DNA of 64,000 nucleotides from an uncultured Haloferula sp. (GTDB taxonomy: Bacteria; Verrucomicrobiota; Verrucomicrobiia; Verrucomicrobiales; Akkermansiaceae), in assembly GCA_965652295.1 (NCBI GenBank), contig CBFGTS010000004.1, positions 32,001 to 96,000 of the forward strand, read 5' to 3'. Within the stretch, counting starts at the first letter, position 1. The number at the start of each line of letters is the position of its first letter. The position numbers and the translations under genes were made by a program. Below the pieces are notes generated by a model, which searched no databases, was not told where the DNA came from, and saw only the letters and a list, made by a program, of their open reading frames with translations. Below, one piece after another: positions 46,457 to 57,476 of this stretch.

Positions 46457-46942
46457 TCAGTTGTTCTGCGGATCCGGATGGGCGGTGAGGCCGGCGGGGC
46501 CGTGCTCAAGAAGGTAGACCTCGCGGGTAAGCCGTCCTTTCTCCGCGCCACGCTCAATCGTGGCGCGAAGCATGGACCCGCGGTGCTCCAAAGCCACGAG
46601 GCGGAAGAGCGGCTCCCGGCGCATGCGGAAAAAGCAGTGCAAGGGGACGTCCGGGTGGGCGGCATTCCAGAGGTAGCGGGCGTGGCTGTATCCGGGGAGC
46701 CGGGAGAGCGCCAGGAGGACGTGACGGATGCGGCGTTCGCCGTGGCGATGGGTCAAGCGGGCGGCGGCACGCTTGGCGAGCATGGTTTCCCACCAGGTGG
46801 CCACGGGGTCTTCGACCGCTTCCTCGACCTCTCCGATCAGTTCGCGCGCATGCCACGCCATGGCGGCGTGGAGCTGTTCGCGGGTGATGGCTCCGGCTTC
46901 GAACTCCTCGAAAAGCCGGGGTGGAATGAGCGGTTCAGGCAT
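46457..46942 (-). CDS. Hypothetical protein
   Basis: 161-aa ORF co-directional with plsX; no motif recognised. Confidence 0.7.
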   Translation of the reverse strand: MPEPLIPPRLFEEFEAGAITREQLHAAMAWHARELIGEVEEAVEDPVATWWETMLAKRAAARLTHRHGERRIRHVLLALSRLPGYSHARYLWNAAHPDVPLHCFFRMRREPLFRLVALEHRGSMLRATIERGAEKGRLTREVYLLEHGPAGLTAHPDPQNN

Positions 46943-47026
46943 GGGTTTGGAGGACGGGTCATCCTAGGACCTATCTCCGCCGAGGCAAATGCCGGGTAGT
47001 GGCGGAATCTCGCTGCTCGTCGTCGC

Positions 47027-48064
47027 TCACGCAACGATCTCATCCGACAAGGCCGCCAGCGCCTCGCGGATGTGGTCGTTGACCTTGTGATCGACGCTTT
47101 CCACAGCCACGCGGATCGCGTTGCGGATGGCGACATCCGTCGAGCCACCATGGGCGATGATCACCACGCCGTTGACGCCGAGAAGCGGGCTGCCGCCGTA
47201 GCTTTCGGCGCTGGCGCGTTGCTTGAGATCGGCGAAAGCGCCCTTGGCGAGCAGCGCGCCGGCCTTGCGGACCGGGCTGGCCATGATCGCCTCCTTGAGC
47301 CACTTCGACATCGCCTTGGCGGTCGCCTCGGCGGTCTTGAGCACGATGTTTCCGGTGAAACCGTCGCAGAGGCAGACGTGGAGTTCCTCGTCGAAAAGGT
47401 CATGGCCTTCGACGTTGCCGATGAATTCGAAGGGGGCCTTGCCCGTGGCGGAGAAATTTTTGACCAAGGCGAAGGTTTCCTTGGTGAAAGCGGTGCCCTT
47501 TTCGTCCTCCTCGCCGTTCGACATGATGCCGACCTTGGGCCGCTTCACGCCGTAAACGCCGCGCGAGAAGGCGGCGCCCATGATGGCGTAGCCGAGCAAG
47601 TGGGAGGGTTTTGCCTCGGGGTTGGCCCCGGCGTCGAGCAGGTGGCAGACGCCGTGCTCGTTGGGGAGGCCGGAGGCGATGCCGGCGCGCTCGATGCCGG
47701 CGATGAGGCGCAGCTTGATCTGGGCGGCAGCGACACAGGCACCCGTGTTGCCGGCGGAGACGAAGGCGTCAGCTTCGCCCGCCTTCACCAGATCCATCGC
47801 GATCGAAATGGAGGAGTGCTTTTTCCGTCGCACGGCGGTCGCGCCGGGCTCGCACATGGCGATCACCTCGGTGGCTGGCACCAGTTCGATCCGCGGATCT
47901 TCGAGCGACAGGCCGTGGCTGGCGGCTTCGGCACGGATGACGGCCTCGTCACCGACGAGGAGGAGCTTCTTCAGGGTGGGGAAATCCGCCAGTGCGGCTG
48001 CGGCACCGGCGAGGTTCACGGCGGGGGCTCGGTCGCCCCCCATGACGTCTAGAGCTACTTTCAT
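47027..48064 (-). CDS. plsX: Phosphate acyltransferase PlsX
   Basis: ALDVMGGDRAP, SAGNTGA, LDAGAN, GNVEG, CDGFTGN, YGGSPLLG, AHG. Confidence 0.96.
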   Translation of the reverse strand: MKVALDVMGGDRAPAVNLAGAAAALADFPTLKKLLLVGDEAVIRAEAASHGLSLEDPRIELVPATEVIAMCEPGATAVRRKKHSSISIAMDLVKAGEADAFVSAGNTGACVAAAQIKLRLIAGIERAGIASGLPNEHGVCHLLDAGANPEAKPSHLLGYAIMGAAFSRGVYGVKRPKVGIMSNGEEDEKGTAFTKETFALVKNFSATGKAPFEFIGNVEGHDLFDEELHVCLCDGFTGNIVLKTAEATAKAMSKWLKEAIMASPVRKAGALLAKGAFADLKQRASAESYGGSPLLGVNGVVIIAHGGSTDVAIRNAIRVAVESVDHKVNDHIREALAALSDEIVA

Positions 48065-48153
48065 CAGAGGGCTTTGCCTGGATACAAGAAATCACCGCTC
48101 CGGCGATGCGGAGCGGCGACTCGGAAAAAATCCATGTGAGGCGCGGAAGCGCT

Positions 48154-48336
48154 TTAGAACGCGTCCACCTCAAGCACCTTGCGGCCGGCGTAGTAACCGC
48201 AGGACGGGCAGGCGATGTGCGACGGGATGCGGCTGTCGCACTCCGGGCAGGTCTTGAAGATGGGTGCGCGCCAGCGGTTTGCGCCACGGCGCATTTTCTG
48301 ACGGCTCTTGGATTGACGACGCTTGGGTACTGCCAT
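48154..48336 (-). CDS. rpmF: 50S ribosomal protein L32
   Basis: MAVPKRRQSKSR...CPEC....SHIACPSCGYY. Confidence 0.97.
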   Translation of the reverse strand: MAVPKRRQSKSRQKMRRGANRWRAPIFKTCPECDSRIPSHIACPSCGYYAGRKVLEVDAF

Positions 48337-48348
48337 GACGAGAAAAGG

Positions 48349-48852
48349 TTAACGGTCTGAATCGGTGTTCTTCAGCGCGTCGAGGGCGGCCCATCGGTCG
48401 TCCCCTTCCACGCGGGGGCGCGTCTCTACAGCATCGTCGGAGGGTTTGTCCACTGCCAAATAGCGAGGATCGATTTCGCACTGCTGGGGCTCGTCCGCAT
48501 CGTCGCACCGAGGGTCGGCGGGAAAGTTGATCAGGATCTCCTCGCGCAAGGCATCGGTGGCGTTGATTTCCTCGCCTTCGGTGATCTCCAGGGAAATGGC
48601 GGCGGGGTCGACTTCGATGGTCTGAACGAAGGGGTGGAGCGTGCGAACGCAGGTGAACTCGAACGGTGCGGAGATCCGGCCGGTGAGCAGGAGTTCGGAG
48701 CTGAATCGCTGGACGTGGAGGTCGTATTCGAGGTCGCCGGCTGGTCTGGCGTCTTCCTCGGGAAGGTCGAAGACGCTGCCGGGGAGGGCACCGGAAATCG
48801 ACTTTCCCTCGTCCGGCAAACTGGCGAGGTCGATGACAAGCTTGTGGGGCAT
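48349..48852 (-). CDS. YceD/DUF177 family protein
   Basis: CVRTL, LREEILINFP..PRC, DDRWAALDAL; standard position upstream of rpmF. Confidence 0.88.
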   Translation of the reverse strand: MPHKLVIDLASLPDEGKSISGALPGSVFDLPEEDARPAGDLEYDLHVQRFSSELLLTGRISAPFEFTCVRTLHPFVQTIEVDPAAISLEITEGEEINATDALREEILINFPADPRCDDADEPQQCEIDPRYLAVDKPSDDAVETRPRVEGDDRWAALDALKNTDSDR

Positions 48853-48859
48853 GGGGTGA

Positions 48860-49705
48860 TCAGGTTGGTTCGGGAAACGGGGGAAGCATAGCGTGGATTT
48901 CCCCCGGGGATAGGCCGGATTCGCGGTAGGCGCGGATTGAACGGGCGTTGTCGCGCTTCGCCAACCGGCGGCCGGAATCATCGGTGACCAATGGGTGGTG
49001 AAGGTAGGTGGGCTCCGGGAAGCCGAGGAGTTTTTGCAGGAGCCGGTGGAGGTGGGTGGAGCCGAGCAGATCCTCACCGCGGGTGACGTGGGTGACGCGC
49101 TGGGCGGCGTCATCGGTGACGACCGCGAGGTGGTAGGAGGTGCCGATGTCGCGGCGGGCCAGCACGGCGTCGCCCAGGAGGAGAGGATCAACCTCGATCG
49201 TGCCGAAGCGCAGGTCGTCAAATGTCAGCTTCCCGCAACGCGCGGCGGCGGCGGTGGCATCGAGCCGCCAAGCGGGCTCGCGTTTCTCCGCGAACCGGTT
49301 CTGGATTTCCCGCGGGCTCAGGTGGCGGCAGGTGCCGGGATAGAGGGGCCCCTCGGGACCCTGCGGGGCGGAAGCCATGGCGGCGAGCTCGGCTTCGATC
49401 TCGCGGCGGGTGCAGAAGCAGGGGTAGAGGACGCCGAGGGCTTTGAGCGCTTCCAGTGTCGAGTCGTAGACCGGGCGGCGGTCCAGTTGACGCCAGGGGG
49501 GGGCGGTGTGGCGGATGTCCAGCCAGGCGAGGTCATTGATGGCGGCCTCATAATATTCGGGGCGGACGCGGGTGTGGTCGATGTCTTCGAAGCGGAGTAG
49601 ATACGTTCCTCCATGGCGTGCCGCCAGCTCCGCCGCGACCCATGCCGCGTAGGCGTGCCCCAGGTGGAGCGGCCCGGTGGGGCTCGGAGCGAAGCGGGTG
49701 ACCAT
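48860..49705 (-). CDS. gluQ: tRNA glutamyl-Q(34) synthetase GluQRS
   Basis: RFAPSPTGPLHLGH, YPCFCTR, YPGTC, RGEDL, RLAKR; no anticodon-binding domain. Confidence 0.92.
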   Translation of the reverse strand: MVTRFAPSPTGPLHLGHAYAAWVAAELAARHGGTYLLRFEDIDHTRVRPEYYEAAINDLAWLDIRHTAPPWRQLDRRPVYDSTLEALKALGVLYPCFCTRREIEAELAAMASAPQGPEGPLYPGTCRHLSPREIQNRFAEKREPAWRLDATAAAARCGKLTFDDLRFGTIEVDPLLLGDAVLARRDIGTSYHLAVVTDDAAQRVTHVTRGEDLLGSTHLHRLLQKLLGFPEPTYLHHPLVTDDSGRRLAKRDNARSIRAYRESGLSPGEIHAMLPPFPEPT

Positions 49706-49838
49706 GGCGTGGCAAAATGCAGATTTCCCTGAGCGTCGCAAGCGACATGGACGGGCGGGCGGTCTTTCCCGGCTTTGGCATCGGGTTCTCCCGAGGCGTG
49801 CGGCTTGATCGCCGGTCTTCGGGAGCTAGGGTCGCGGC

Positions 49839-51023
49839 GTGATCTACCTCGATGCGAACGCGACGACCCCGATGCTGCCGGAAGTGTTGGAGGCGATGCT
49901 GCCGTGGCTGACCGAGCGTTTCAGCAACCCGAACGCCTCTTATCGGGGCGCGAAGGAAGCCCGGAAGGCCATTGAGACGGCGCGCGCACAGGTGGCGGCG
50001 CTGATCGGCGCGAAACCCGAAGAGATCGTTTTCACCGGCGGCGGGACGGAGAGCACCAACACGGCTCTGAAATGGCTGGCGCGGCTGGTGGGGCGGAAGT
50101 CGGGCCGCGTGGTGACTTCGGCGATCGAGCACAGCGCGGTGCTGAAGGTGATCGAGAATTTCGGCCAGGTGGGGTATGCGACGGAGATCTCCGGCGTCGA
50201 TGCCGGTGGTCGTCTCGACCTCGCTGCCTATGAAGAGGCCTGTGGGCGTGCGACGGAGGGCGGCGGGTTTTCATCGGTGATGTGGGTCAACAACGAGACC
50301 GGAGTGATCCAGCCGATCGTGGAGGCGCATGAAATCGCGAAGTCGAAGGGCCTGGCATTCCATACCGATGCAATCCAGGCGGCGGGCAAGGTGAAGATCG
50401 ACGTGTCCGATGTGCCGGTGGATTTCCTCTCCCTCAGCGCGCACAAATTCCACGGCCCGAAAGGAGTGGGGGCGCTCTACATCCGTTCGGGCTGCCGTTT
50501 CGAGCCGCTGCTGCGCGGGGGCGGTCAGGAGAAGGACCGTCGCAGTGGGACTGAAAACGTGGCGGGGATCGTGGCGATGGGAAAAGCGGCCGAGCTGGCC
50601 AAGCAGTGGATCGACGACGGACGCGACTTGCGGGCGTTGCGCGATGATTTCGAAGCGCGGGTAGTCGAGGGAACCGAAGGAGTGACGGTGAACGGCGACC
50701 TGATCCACCGGGTTTCCAGCACGAGCCATCTTTCCTTCGACCGGTGCGAGGCGGCGGGGTTGCTGATCCTGCTCGATGAGATGGGTGTCGCCTGCTCGGC
50801 GGGCAGTGCCTGCATGACGGGCAAGCAACAGCCGAGCCACGTGCAGAAGGCGATGGGTTTCCCGGATGCGAAAGCGAAGAGCAGCCTGCGGTTCGGCTTC
50901 AACCGTCTGAACACCCGCGAGGAAGCGGCCGAGGCGGCGGCCTGTGTGGTGAAGGCGGTGGAGAAACTGCGCCGGGTGCAGGGAGGGGGAGGCACGGGGC
51001 CGGTGGTGGTTTACACGCCGTAG
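49839..51023 (+). CDS. Cysteine desulfurase (IscS/NifS family)
   Basis: [41 protein letters not shown]. Confidence 0.93.
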   Translation: MIYLDANATTPMLPEVLEAMLPWLTERFSNPNASYRGAKEARKAIETARAQVAALIGAKPEEIVFTGGGTESTNTALKWLARLVGRKSGRVVTSAIEHSAVLKVIENFGQVGYATEISGVDAGGRLDLAAYEEACGRATEGGGFSSVMWVNNETGVIQPIVEAHEIAKSKGLAFHTDAIQAAGKVKIDVSDVPVDFLSLSAHKFHGPKGVGALYIRSGCRFEPLLRGGGQEKDRRSGTENVAGIVAMGKAAELAKQWIDDGRDLRALRDDFEARVVEGTEGVTVNGDLIHRVSSTSHLSFDRCEAAGLLILLDEMGVACSAGSACMTGKQQPSHVQKAMGFPDAKAKSSLRFGFNRLNTREEAAEAAACVVKAVEKLRRVQGGGGTGPVVVYTP

Positions 51024-51100
51024 CGGCACGCGGAGAAGCCGCGCCCGACCACTCGCTGAAAAAGCGGGCGACAGCCGGAGGCCTGCCTCTAGGGTGCCTC

Positions 51101-53086
51101 ATGGCCAATGCACTCGCGAACGAGACCTCGCCCTATCTCCTCCAGCACAAGGACAATCCGGTGGACTGGGTGCCGTGGGGCGAGGAGGCGTTCGAGAAGG
51201 CGCGCCGGGAGGACAAGCCGGTGTTTCTCTCGGTGGGCTATTCGACCTGCCACTGGTGCCACGTGATGGAGCGCGAGAGTTTCGAGAACGAGGCGATCGC
51301 GGCGGTGATGAACGAGGGCTTTGTGTGCGTGAAGGTGGACCGCGAGGAGCGGCCGGACGTGGATGCGGCGTTCATGGCCTTTGTGCAGGCGACGACGGGG
51401 CAGGGCGGCTGGCCGATGAGCGTGTGGTTGACGCCGGACGGGGAGCCCATTGTGGGCGGAACGTATTTCCCACCGGACGATCGCCACGGGCGTCCGGGTT
51501 TTCCGCGGCTCTGCCGGGAGATCGCGCGGTTGTGGAAGGAGGACCGGGTGAAAATGAAGGAGGCGGCCGAGCGCGTGGCGGCGCACTTGCGGGAGCAAAG
51601 TACGGTGGATGTCGTGGTTCGAGGCCTGCCGGACGCGAAGGTTTTCGGCGACTTCCTCGACAGCTGCGAATCGATGTTCGACTCCGAGTGGGGCGGCTGG
51701 GGGAACGCTCCGAAGTTTGCCCGCCCGGTGGTGCCGCGGGTCCTGCTCCAGCTTTCGGAGCGCTTCGGCTCGGAATCGGACGAGGGGGCGAGCTGCCTGC
51801 AGATGGTGGGACGGACGCTGGACCTGATGGCGGCCGGAGGAATGCACGACCAGATTGGCGGCGGGTTCCATCGCTATTCGGTCGATCGCTACTGGCACGT
51901 GCCGCACTACGAAAAGATGCTCTACGACCAGGCGCAGCTCCTCCATTTGTATCTCGATGGCTGGCAGGCTCTGGGCGAGGCGCGGTATGCCGAGGTGGCG
52001 GGCGGGATCGTGGATTACGTGCTGCGCGACCTGAAGGATCAGGCAGGTGGCTTTCATGCCGCGGAGGACGCGGACAGCGTCGATACCGATGGCGAGAAGA
52101 AAGAAGGAGCCTACTGGACGTGGACGGCCGGTGAGGTGCAGTCCCTGCTTTCTCCGGAAGACGCGGCCCTTGCCTGTGCGGCGTGGGGGATCGAGCTGGA
52201 AGGGAACGCGCGTCCCGCGAGCGATCCGCACGAAGAGCTGAGGGGGCGGAACACGCTCTTCCGGGCGATGGGGGAGGAACGTTTGGTCGAAACTTTCGGA
52301 GAGGATGCGGGGGAGCGCTTGGAACGGATCCGCCAACTTCTGCTGGAGGTGAGGAGCCGACGACACGCACCGCATCGCGACGACAAGATCATCACCGCGT
52401 GGAACGGCCTGATGGTCGGAGCTCTTGCCCGGGCGTCGCGGGTGCTGGGGCGGGATGATGCGGGGGAGGCGGCGCTGGAGGCGGCTCGCTTTGTGAAAAA
52501 GGAGCTGTTCCGGGACGGGAAGCTCTATCGGTCGTGGAGGCAGCGGGGTTCGGAGGTCGAGGCGTTTCCTGCGGATCATGCATTTCTGATCGAGGGCTTC
52601 CTCGAGCTGCATGCGATCGACGCGGGCGGATGGTTGGATGGAGCGGTGGCGCTTCAAGAGGCATTCGATCGAAGCTGTTGGAGCCAGGACAGGATTGGCT
52701 ATGTGATGCGCCCGGCGCTTGGTGACCGGGTGCTGATGAGCATTCGCGAGGATCACGACGGTGCGGAGCCGTCGCCGAACCATGTTGCGGCGGTGAATCT
52801 CCTGAAGCTTGAGGCGTTGACCGGCGAGAGCCGCTTCGGCACGAAGGCGGAGGCGCTCCTGCGGGCGGGCTCACTGGTCCTGGAGAAGCACGCTTTCTAT
52901 AGCCCCGTGCTGCTCGGTGCTCTGGACCTGCGCCTCAGGGGAGTCCGGAAATTCTCGGTGGGCAGTGTGGCGGATGACGCACGGCTCCGCGGTGCCTTCG
53001 AGCCTCGGAGCGTACATGAAATCGCAGACGGCGAGGAAATCACCGTCTGCGAGGGAGAGAGTTGCCGGAGGTGGGTCGCGGGCTGA
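51101..53086 (+). CDS. YyaL/SPATA20-like thioredoxin-domain protein (DUF255)
   Basis: [56 protein letters not shown]. Confidence 0.93.
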   Translation: MANALANETSPYLLQHKDNPVDWVPWGEEAFEKARREDKPVFLSVGYSTCHWCHVMERESFENEAIAAVMNEGFVCVKVDREERPDVDAAFMAFVQATTGQGGWPMSVWLTPDGEPIVGGTYFPPDDRHGRPGFPRLCREIARLWKEDRVKMKEAAERVAAHLREQSTVDVVVRGLPDAKVFGDFLDSCESMFDSEWGGWGNAPKFARPVVPRVLLQLSERFGSESDEGASCLQMVGRTLDLMAAGGMHDQIGGGFHRYSVDRYWHVPHYEKMLYDQAQLLHLYLDGWQALGEARYAEVAGGIVDYVLRDLKDQAGGFHAAEDADSVDTDGEKKEGAYWTWTAGEVQSLLSPEDAALACAAWGIELEGNARPASDPHEELRGRNTLFRAMGEERLVETFGEDAGERLERIRQLLLEVRSRRHAPHRDDKIITAWNGLMVGALARASRVLGRDDAGEAALEAARFVKKELFRDGKLYRSWRQRGSEVEAFPADHAFLIEGFLELHAIDAGGWLDGAVALQEAFDRSCWSQDRIGYVMRPALGDRVLMSIREDHDGAEPSPNHVAAVNLLKLEALTGESRFGTKAEALLRAGSLVLEKHAFYSPVLLGALDLRLRGVRKFSVGSVADDARLRGAFEPRSVHEIADGEEITVCEGESCRRWVAG

Positions 53087-53092
53087 GGCGGT

Positions 53093-53752
53093 TCAGACGA
53101 GACCCTTGCGGATCGCCTTGGAGACGGCCTCGGTCTGCGTGCGGACGTGCAGCTTGCGGTAAACGCTGCGCAGGTGCATGTCGACGGTGTGAAGGGAGAT
53201 GCTGAGTTCGTCGGCGATCTCCTTCTTGATGAGGCCCCGGACCATGGCGCTGAGGACTTCTTCCTCGCGGTTGGTGAGGGGCTCGGTTTCCTCGACCGGG
53301 CCGAGCTTGGCGAAGCCATCGAGGATCATGCTGGCGATCGCTCCGCTGAGCGGGGCGGCCCCGTGCATGACGTCGCGGATGCCGGCGATGATGTCATCGG
53401 GCTCGGCGGTCTTGAGGAGGTAGCCGGATGCTCCGTTGCAGAGGGCGCGGTAAACCCGTTCGCGGTCGTCGAAGGCGGTGAGGATGACGATCTTCTGTTG
53501 GGGATATCGTTCCTTCACTTCCCGCAGGACCTGAAGGCCGTCCTTGCCGGGCAGGCCGAGGTCGAAAAGCATGAGGTCGGGCAAAGGCGTACCGAAGTTG
53601 ATCTCGGAGTAGAGCTCGTTCGGGTGGGTGAAGACCTTTTCGCAATCGAGATCGTCCTCGGCGGAGATGAGCCGCGTCATCTGCTTCGCGAATTGAGGGT
53701 GATCCTCGAGGATCCAGATGCGGATGGTGGGTTCGGTCGATGGTTTGCTCAT
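53093..53752 (-). CDS. NarL/LuxR-family response regulator
   Basis: Receiver domain (EDH, FDLGLP, GYLLK) plus LuxR HTH (LTNREEEVL...YRKLHV). Confidence 0.94.
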   Translation of the reverse strand: MSKPSTEPTIRIWILEDHPQFAKQMTRLISAEDDLDCEKVFTHPNELYSEINFGTPLPDLMLFDLGLPGKDGLQVLREVKERYPQQKIVILTAFDDRERVYRALCNGASGYLLKTAEPDDIIAGIRDVMHGAAPLSGAIASMILDGFAKLGPVEETEPLTNREEEVLSAMVRGLIKKEIADELSISLHTVDMHLRSVYRKLHVRTQTEAVSKAIRKGLV

Positions 53753-55761
53753 GCCGCGGCTTTGGTTGCGATGAGATTTGCTCTTTTCACCTCCAGACGC
53801 AAGCGCGTCCCTTCGCCGGGAGCAGATTCCACATCGAACCGGCCTTCCAGCACTTCGGCGCGGGCGAGGAGCTTTTTGACAGCAGCGGCTTTGCCGGCTT
53901 GATCGGTGGGAAGACCGACGCCGTCATCCTCGACTTCCATGATCAGCGAGTCGCGGTTGTCGAAAATGCGCACGCGGACGTTGCTGGCCTGGGAGTGCTT
54001 GAGGATGTTGTGGAGGGCCTCTTTGTAGAACAGGAAAAGATGACGTTTGGCCTCAAGGGTGAGCTTGAGGGCGGTGCGGTTCGACTTGCAGGTCATGTCG
54101 AACTGCATGTCGCGCAGCAGCCGGTCGGCGGTATTGCGCATGCGTTCGACGAAGTCGCCGATGCTGTCCTGGTTGCGTTCCAGCAGCCAGACGATGTCGC
54201 GCATGGCGAGGGAGCTTTCCCGGGCGATGGTTTCCATCTCCTCCAGATCCTCGGCGAGGGTGTCGGGATCGTGCGAGCGCTGGAGGTCCTTTTTGGCGGA
54301 GCGGGCGATGAGCGAGATGCTGCCGAGGTTGCTGCCGATGTCATCGTGCAGGTCGGAGGCGATGCGCCGGCGGAGCTGGTCGATGTGCTTGCGGGAAACG
54401 AGGCGGCGGCGTTCGAACAGCGCGACGGGGATGAGGAAGGTGAGGCCGATGGCGACCGAGGCTCCCCAGGTGGCGTTGATTTCCGACTCGGCGGCGAGGC
54501 TCACGCGGGCGGGAAGCAGACGGGCGAGTTCCGCTTCGATCTTCTCCCGCTCGCTGATTTCGTGAAGCCAGGTGCCCACGGGGAAGATGGGCTGCCCGTT
54601 GGCGCGGCCGTCCGTCAGCTCCTGCGAAGCAGGGAGGGTGGTTCCATCGCTCACGCTCAGGATGGGAGTGAGGCCGGCGGCAAGGTTGCGACCGAGCGAC
54701 CAGATCTCGATTTCCGAGAGAGCGGCGATGTGGAGCTTGCCAATGCTGAGGGGGACCGAGCCGCGGATCGTGACGTAGCGTCCGGTTTGGCCCCGAAGCG
54801 GAACGGTGGCCGGGCTGAAGGTCTCTCCGCCGGTGCAGCCAGAGAAATCCGTCTCGTCCGGCTCCGGCGTTTCGCTCACCGCGACCTGGATCACGCCGGG
54901 CAGCGCGGAGGTGCCGCCGACCTCAGGGAGCTCGAAGGGATACAGCGTGGTGCGGTCGATCGCGTGGGACTCCCCGAGATCGAACTGCCAGGTGACGATG
55001 TCGGACGGGCCGGTGAGTTCGAGCAGCTGGCCGCGGGATGCGTTCCATTTGCCGGATTGCCAGGTGCCGAGCGGCGATTGCCCGTCAATCGCGTACTCCG
55101 GCTTCCATTGGAAGGGGCTGTCCATGCTGCCCGTGCCGGAGGCGGTGGCCGTCAGGGAAACGGGTTGGTCGCCGGAAAGGACCATCATTTCCGCGATCAT
55201 CGAGAGGGTGTGGGTGCCGCGGGCATGACCGGCATCCACCGTGAGACGCACGTAGCGGGCATCGAGGTCCCGGGCGTAGGCGCGCAGCGGGTAGCCTTGT
55301 TCCTGATTCTCGATGGTGCCGGCAGGCGTGGAGTAGACCGTGGTGGCGTCGGAGAAATCCGCCGCCCGGGCGGCCTCGATCGTCAGCCGTTGCGGAAACA
55401 AGCGCCGAGTTTCGCCAAAGGGCGGAAGCGCGGGGATCAGGTAGATGTCACTCAGCGGGTAGATTTCGCCGAGGTCGAGCGTGAGGGTCGGCTTCGCCGC
55501 ACCCTGTTCCTGGATCGCCCGCCAGCCAAACTGCTGTTTCACCGGTTTGGGCAGGTAGGGAGCCATCTCCCGAACTCGGTGATTCAGGGAATCGATCCGC
55601 TGTTCGAGCTCCGCGAGCTCGGGGTTGATGATGCGGGCCATCCGGCTGATGGGATCGGTGGACTGGGCCGCACGGTCGGGAAGCGGGGCGCTTCCTAACA
55701 GCGGGGTCACACCGACCAGCATCGCGCCGGCCGTGATCAGGCTGGTTTTGTGGGACAACAT
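53749..55761 (-). CDS. Sensor histidine kinase (HisKA_3) with periplasmic discoidin/galactose-binding-like domains
   Basis: Signal peptide; LTLDLG/WQFDLG and ARYVRL/GRYVTI motifs; one TM; RIASDLHDDIGSNL, EALHNILKHS, EDDGVG. Confidence 0.9.
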   Translation of the reverse strand: MLSHKTSLITAGAMLVGVTPLLGSAPLPDRAAQSTDPISRMARIINPELAELEQRIDSLNHRVREMAPYLPKPVKQQFGWRAIQEQGAAKPTLTLDLGEIYPLSDIYLIPALPPFGETRRLFPQRLTIEAARAADFSDATTVYSTPAGTIENQEQGYPLRAYARDLDARYVRLTVDAGHARGTHTLSMIAEMMVLSGDQPVSLTATASGTGSMDSPFQWKPEYAIDGQSPLGTWQSGKWNASRGQLLELTGPSDIVTWQFDLGESHAIDRTTLYPFELPEVGGTSALPGVIQVAVSETPEPDETDFSGCTGGETFSPATVPLRGQTGRYVTIRGSVPLSIGKLHIAALSEIEIWSLGRNLAAGLTPILSVSDGTTLPASQELTDGRANGQPIFPVGTWLHEISEREKIEAELARLLPARVSLAAESEINATWGASVAIGLTFLIPVALFERRRLVSRKHIDQLRRRIASDLHDDIGSNLGSISLIARSAKKDLQRSHDPDTLAEDLEEMETIARESSLAMRDIVWLLERNQDSIGDFVERMRNTADRLLRDMQFDMTCKSNRTALKLTLEAKRHLFLFYKEALHNILKHSQASNVRVRIFDNRDSLIMEVEDDGVGLPTDQAGKAAAVKKLLARAEVLEGRFDVESAPGEGTRLRLEVKRANLIATKAAA

Positions 55762-55785
55762 GGGACGAAGGGGTCAGCGCCCATG

Positions 55786-55884
55786 TGTTTAACTAAATTT
55801 TAAAATTCAGGCAACTTTTTTTGAACGTTTCCTGAATTAGATAGTCGTCCTAATGAATAGGATTTCCGTAGGTCTTTGAAAATA
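55786..55884 (-). promoter_or_regulatory. AT-rich upstream regulatory region of the two-component operon
   Basis: Strongly AT-rich tract containing inverted repeats AATTCAGGCAAC/GTTTCCTGAATT and TCCTA-N5-TAGGA. Confidence 0.5.
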
Positions 55885-55939
55885 CCGCGTTTCCGCCTAC
55901 GGGATCGCGGGGGTAGTCACGCGGATTTTTTCCCGATTT

Positions 55940-57142
55940 CTACAGCGTGTGGCCCATCCGGTCGCGTTTGGTGCTGAGGTAGCGCTCGTTGTGGGGGTTG
56001 GCCGTGAGGCGGATCGGAAGCTGCGCGACGATCTCCAGGCCGTAGCCCTCGAGGCCGATGACTTTTTTAGGATTGTTGGTGAGCAGGCGGATTTTTCCGA
56101 CGCCGAGGTCCTGGAGGATCTGGGCTCCCATGCCGTAGTCCCGGAGGTCTGCTGAAAATCCCAGCTTCTCGTTGGCCTCGATGGTGTCGAGCCCCTGCTC
56201 TTGGAGTTTGTAGGCGTGGATTTTGGCAGCGAGGCCGATTCCGCGGCCTTCTTGGCGCAGGTAGAGGAGCACGCCTCCTTCCTTGGAAATGTGCGCCAGG
56301 GCGGCATCGAGTTGGCCACCGCAGTCGCAGCGCTTGGAAAGGAAGACATCGCCGGTGAGGCACTCGGAGTGGACGCGGACGAGCGTCGGCTGGTCGCGAC
56401 GGATCTCGCCGCGACTCAAGGCGAGGTGGTGGGTGCCGTCGGTTTCGATCCGATAGAGGTGGCAGTCGAAATCGCCATGATCGGTGGGCAGCTTGATGGT
56501 TTCCTCCCGGACCACCAGCTTCTCCGACCGGCGGCGCCATTCGATGAGCTGGGCGATGGTGCAGGCCTTGAGCCCGTGTTTTTTCTGAAATCCGCCGAGT
56601 TCGCCGACGCGGGCCATGGTGCCGTCGTCGTTCATGATCTCGCAGATCACGCCGGCAGGGGGAAGGCCGGCGAGGCGGGCGAGGTCGATGGCGGCCTCGG
56701 TGTGGCCGGCGCGCCGGAGGGTGCCGCCCGGCATGCCCTGGATGGGAAACACGTGTCCTGGCTGGACGAAGTCGTCCGCATTGGCCGCGGGCGCGGCGAG
56801 GAGGCGGATGCAGCGGGCGCGGTCCGCGGCGGAAATGCCGGTGGTGATGCCGGTGGCGGCATCGACCGAGATGGTGAAGGCGGTTTTGTGGCCCTCGCGG
56901 TTGCGACGGGCCATCTGGGGCAGCTCCATCGCCTCGGCACGCTCGGCGGTGATCGGGGCACAGATGAGGCCGCGGGCATGAACGGCCATGAAAGAGACGA
57001 TTTCCGGCGTGCAGAGGGCGGCCGCGCCGATGAGATCGGCTTCGTTTTCGCGCTCGGGGTCGTCGGCGACGATCACCAACCTGCCGGCGGCGATGTCGGC
57101 GATGATTTCATCGATCGGGCTGAAGTGAAGAGCGGTGGCCAT
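55940..57142 (-). CDS. ribBA: Bifunctional DHBP synthase / GTP cyclohydrolase II
   Basis: [58 protein letters not shown]. Confidence 0.96.
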   Translation of the reverse strand: MATALHFSPIDEIIADIAAGRLVIVADDPERENEADLIGAAALCTPEIVSFMAVHARGLICAPITAERAEAMELPQMARRNREGHKTAFTISVDAATGITTGISAADRARCIRLLAAPAANADDFVQPGHVFPIQGMPGGTLRRAGHTEAAIDLARLAGLPPAGVICEIMNDDGTMARVGELGGFQKKHGLKACTIAQLIEWRRRSEKLVVREETIKLPTDHGDFDCHLYRIETDGTHHLALSRGEIRRDQPTLVRVHSECLTGDVFLSKRCDCGGQLDAALAHISKEGGVLLYLRQEGRGIGLAAKIHAYKLQEQGLDTIEANEKLGFSADLRDYGMGAQILQDLGVGKIRLLTNNPKKVIGLEGYGLEIVAQLPIRLTANPHNERYLSTKRDRMGHTL

Positions 57143-57249
57143 GCGAGGCGGGAAGGCTCGACCTTCCGGGTCCCGGGGTCAAGGAAGGGGAGCGCGGCGG
57201 AGCGGATGGCTGCTTGCGGGGACGCCGGGCGGACGTAGGGTGGAGGGTT

Positions 57250-57465
57250 ATGTCCGACCATATTTACAAGAAAATCGAGCTGGTGGGTTCGTCTCCGAAC
57301 ACGGTGGAGGAAGCGGTGAACAACGCCGTGGCGAAGGCATCGGCCAGCGTCCGCCACATGCGCTGGCTGGAGGTGAAGGAGATCCGCGGGCACATCGAGG
57401 ATCAGAAGGTCGCCCACTGGCAGGTGACGGTGAAGATCGGGTTCACGCTGGATGAGGGGGCGTGA
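57250..57465 (+). CDS. Dodecin (flavin-binding protein)
   Basis: [32 protein letters not shown]; 71 aa. Confidence 0.93.
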   Translation: MSDHIYKKIELVGSSPNTVEEAVNNAVAKASASVRHMRWLEVKEIRGHIEDQKVAHWQVTVKIGFTLDEGA

Positions 57466-57476
57466 GTCCACACTGA

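Noticed and set aside
51020..51047. GTAG-tagged hairpin at the cysteine desulfurase stop
   Set aside because: Only a 5-bp stem with partial resemblance to family C; too weak to list as a repeat.
57143..57249. FMN riboswitch before ribBA (and TPP riboswitch before thiG)
   Set aside because: Intergenic regions are short and I could not find the conserved aptamer motifs; an Rfam scan would settle it.
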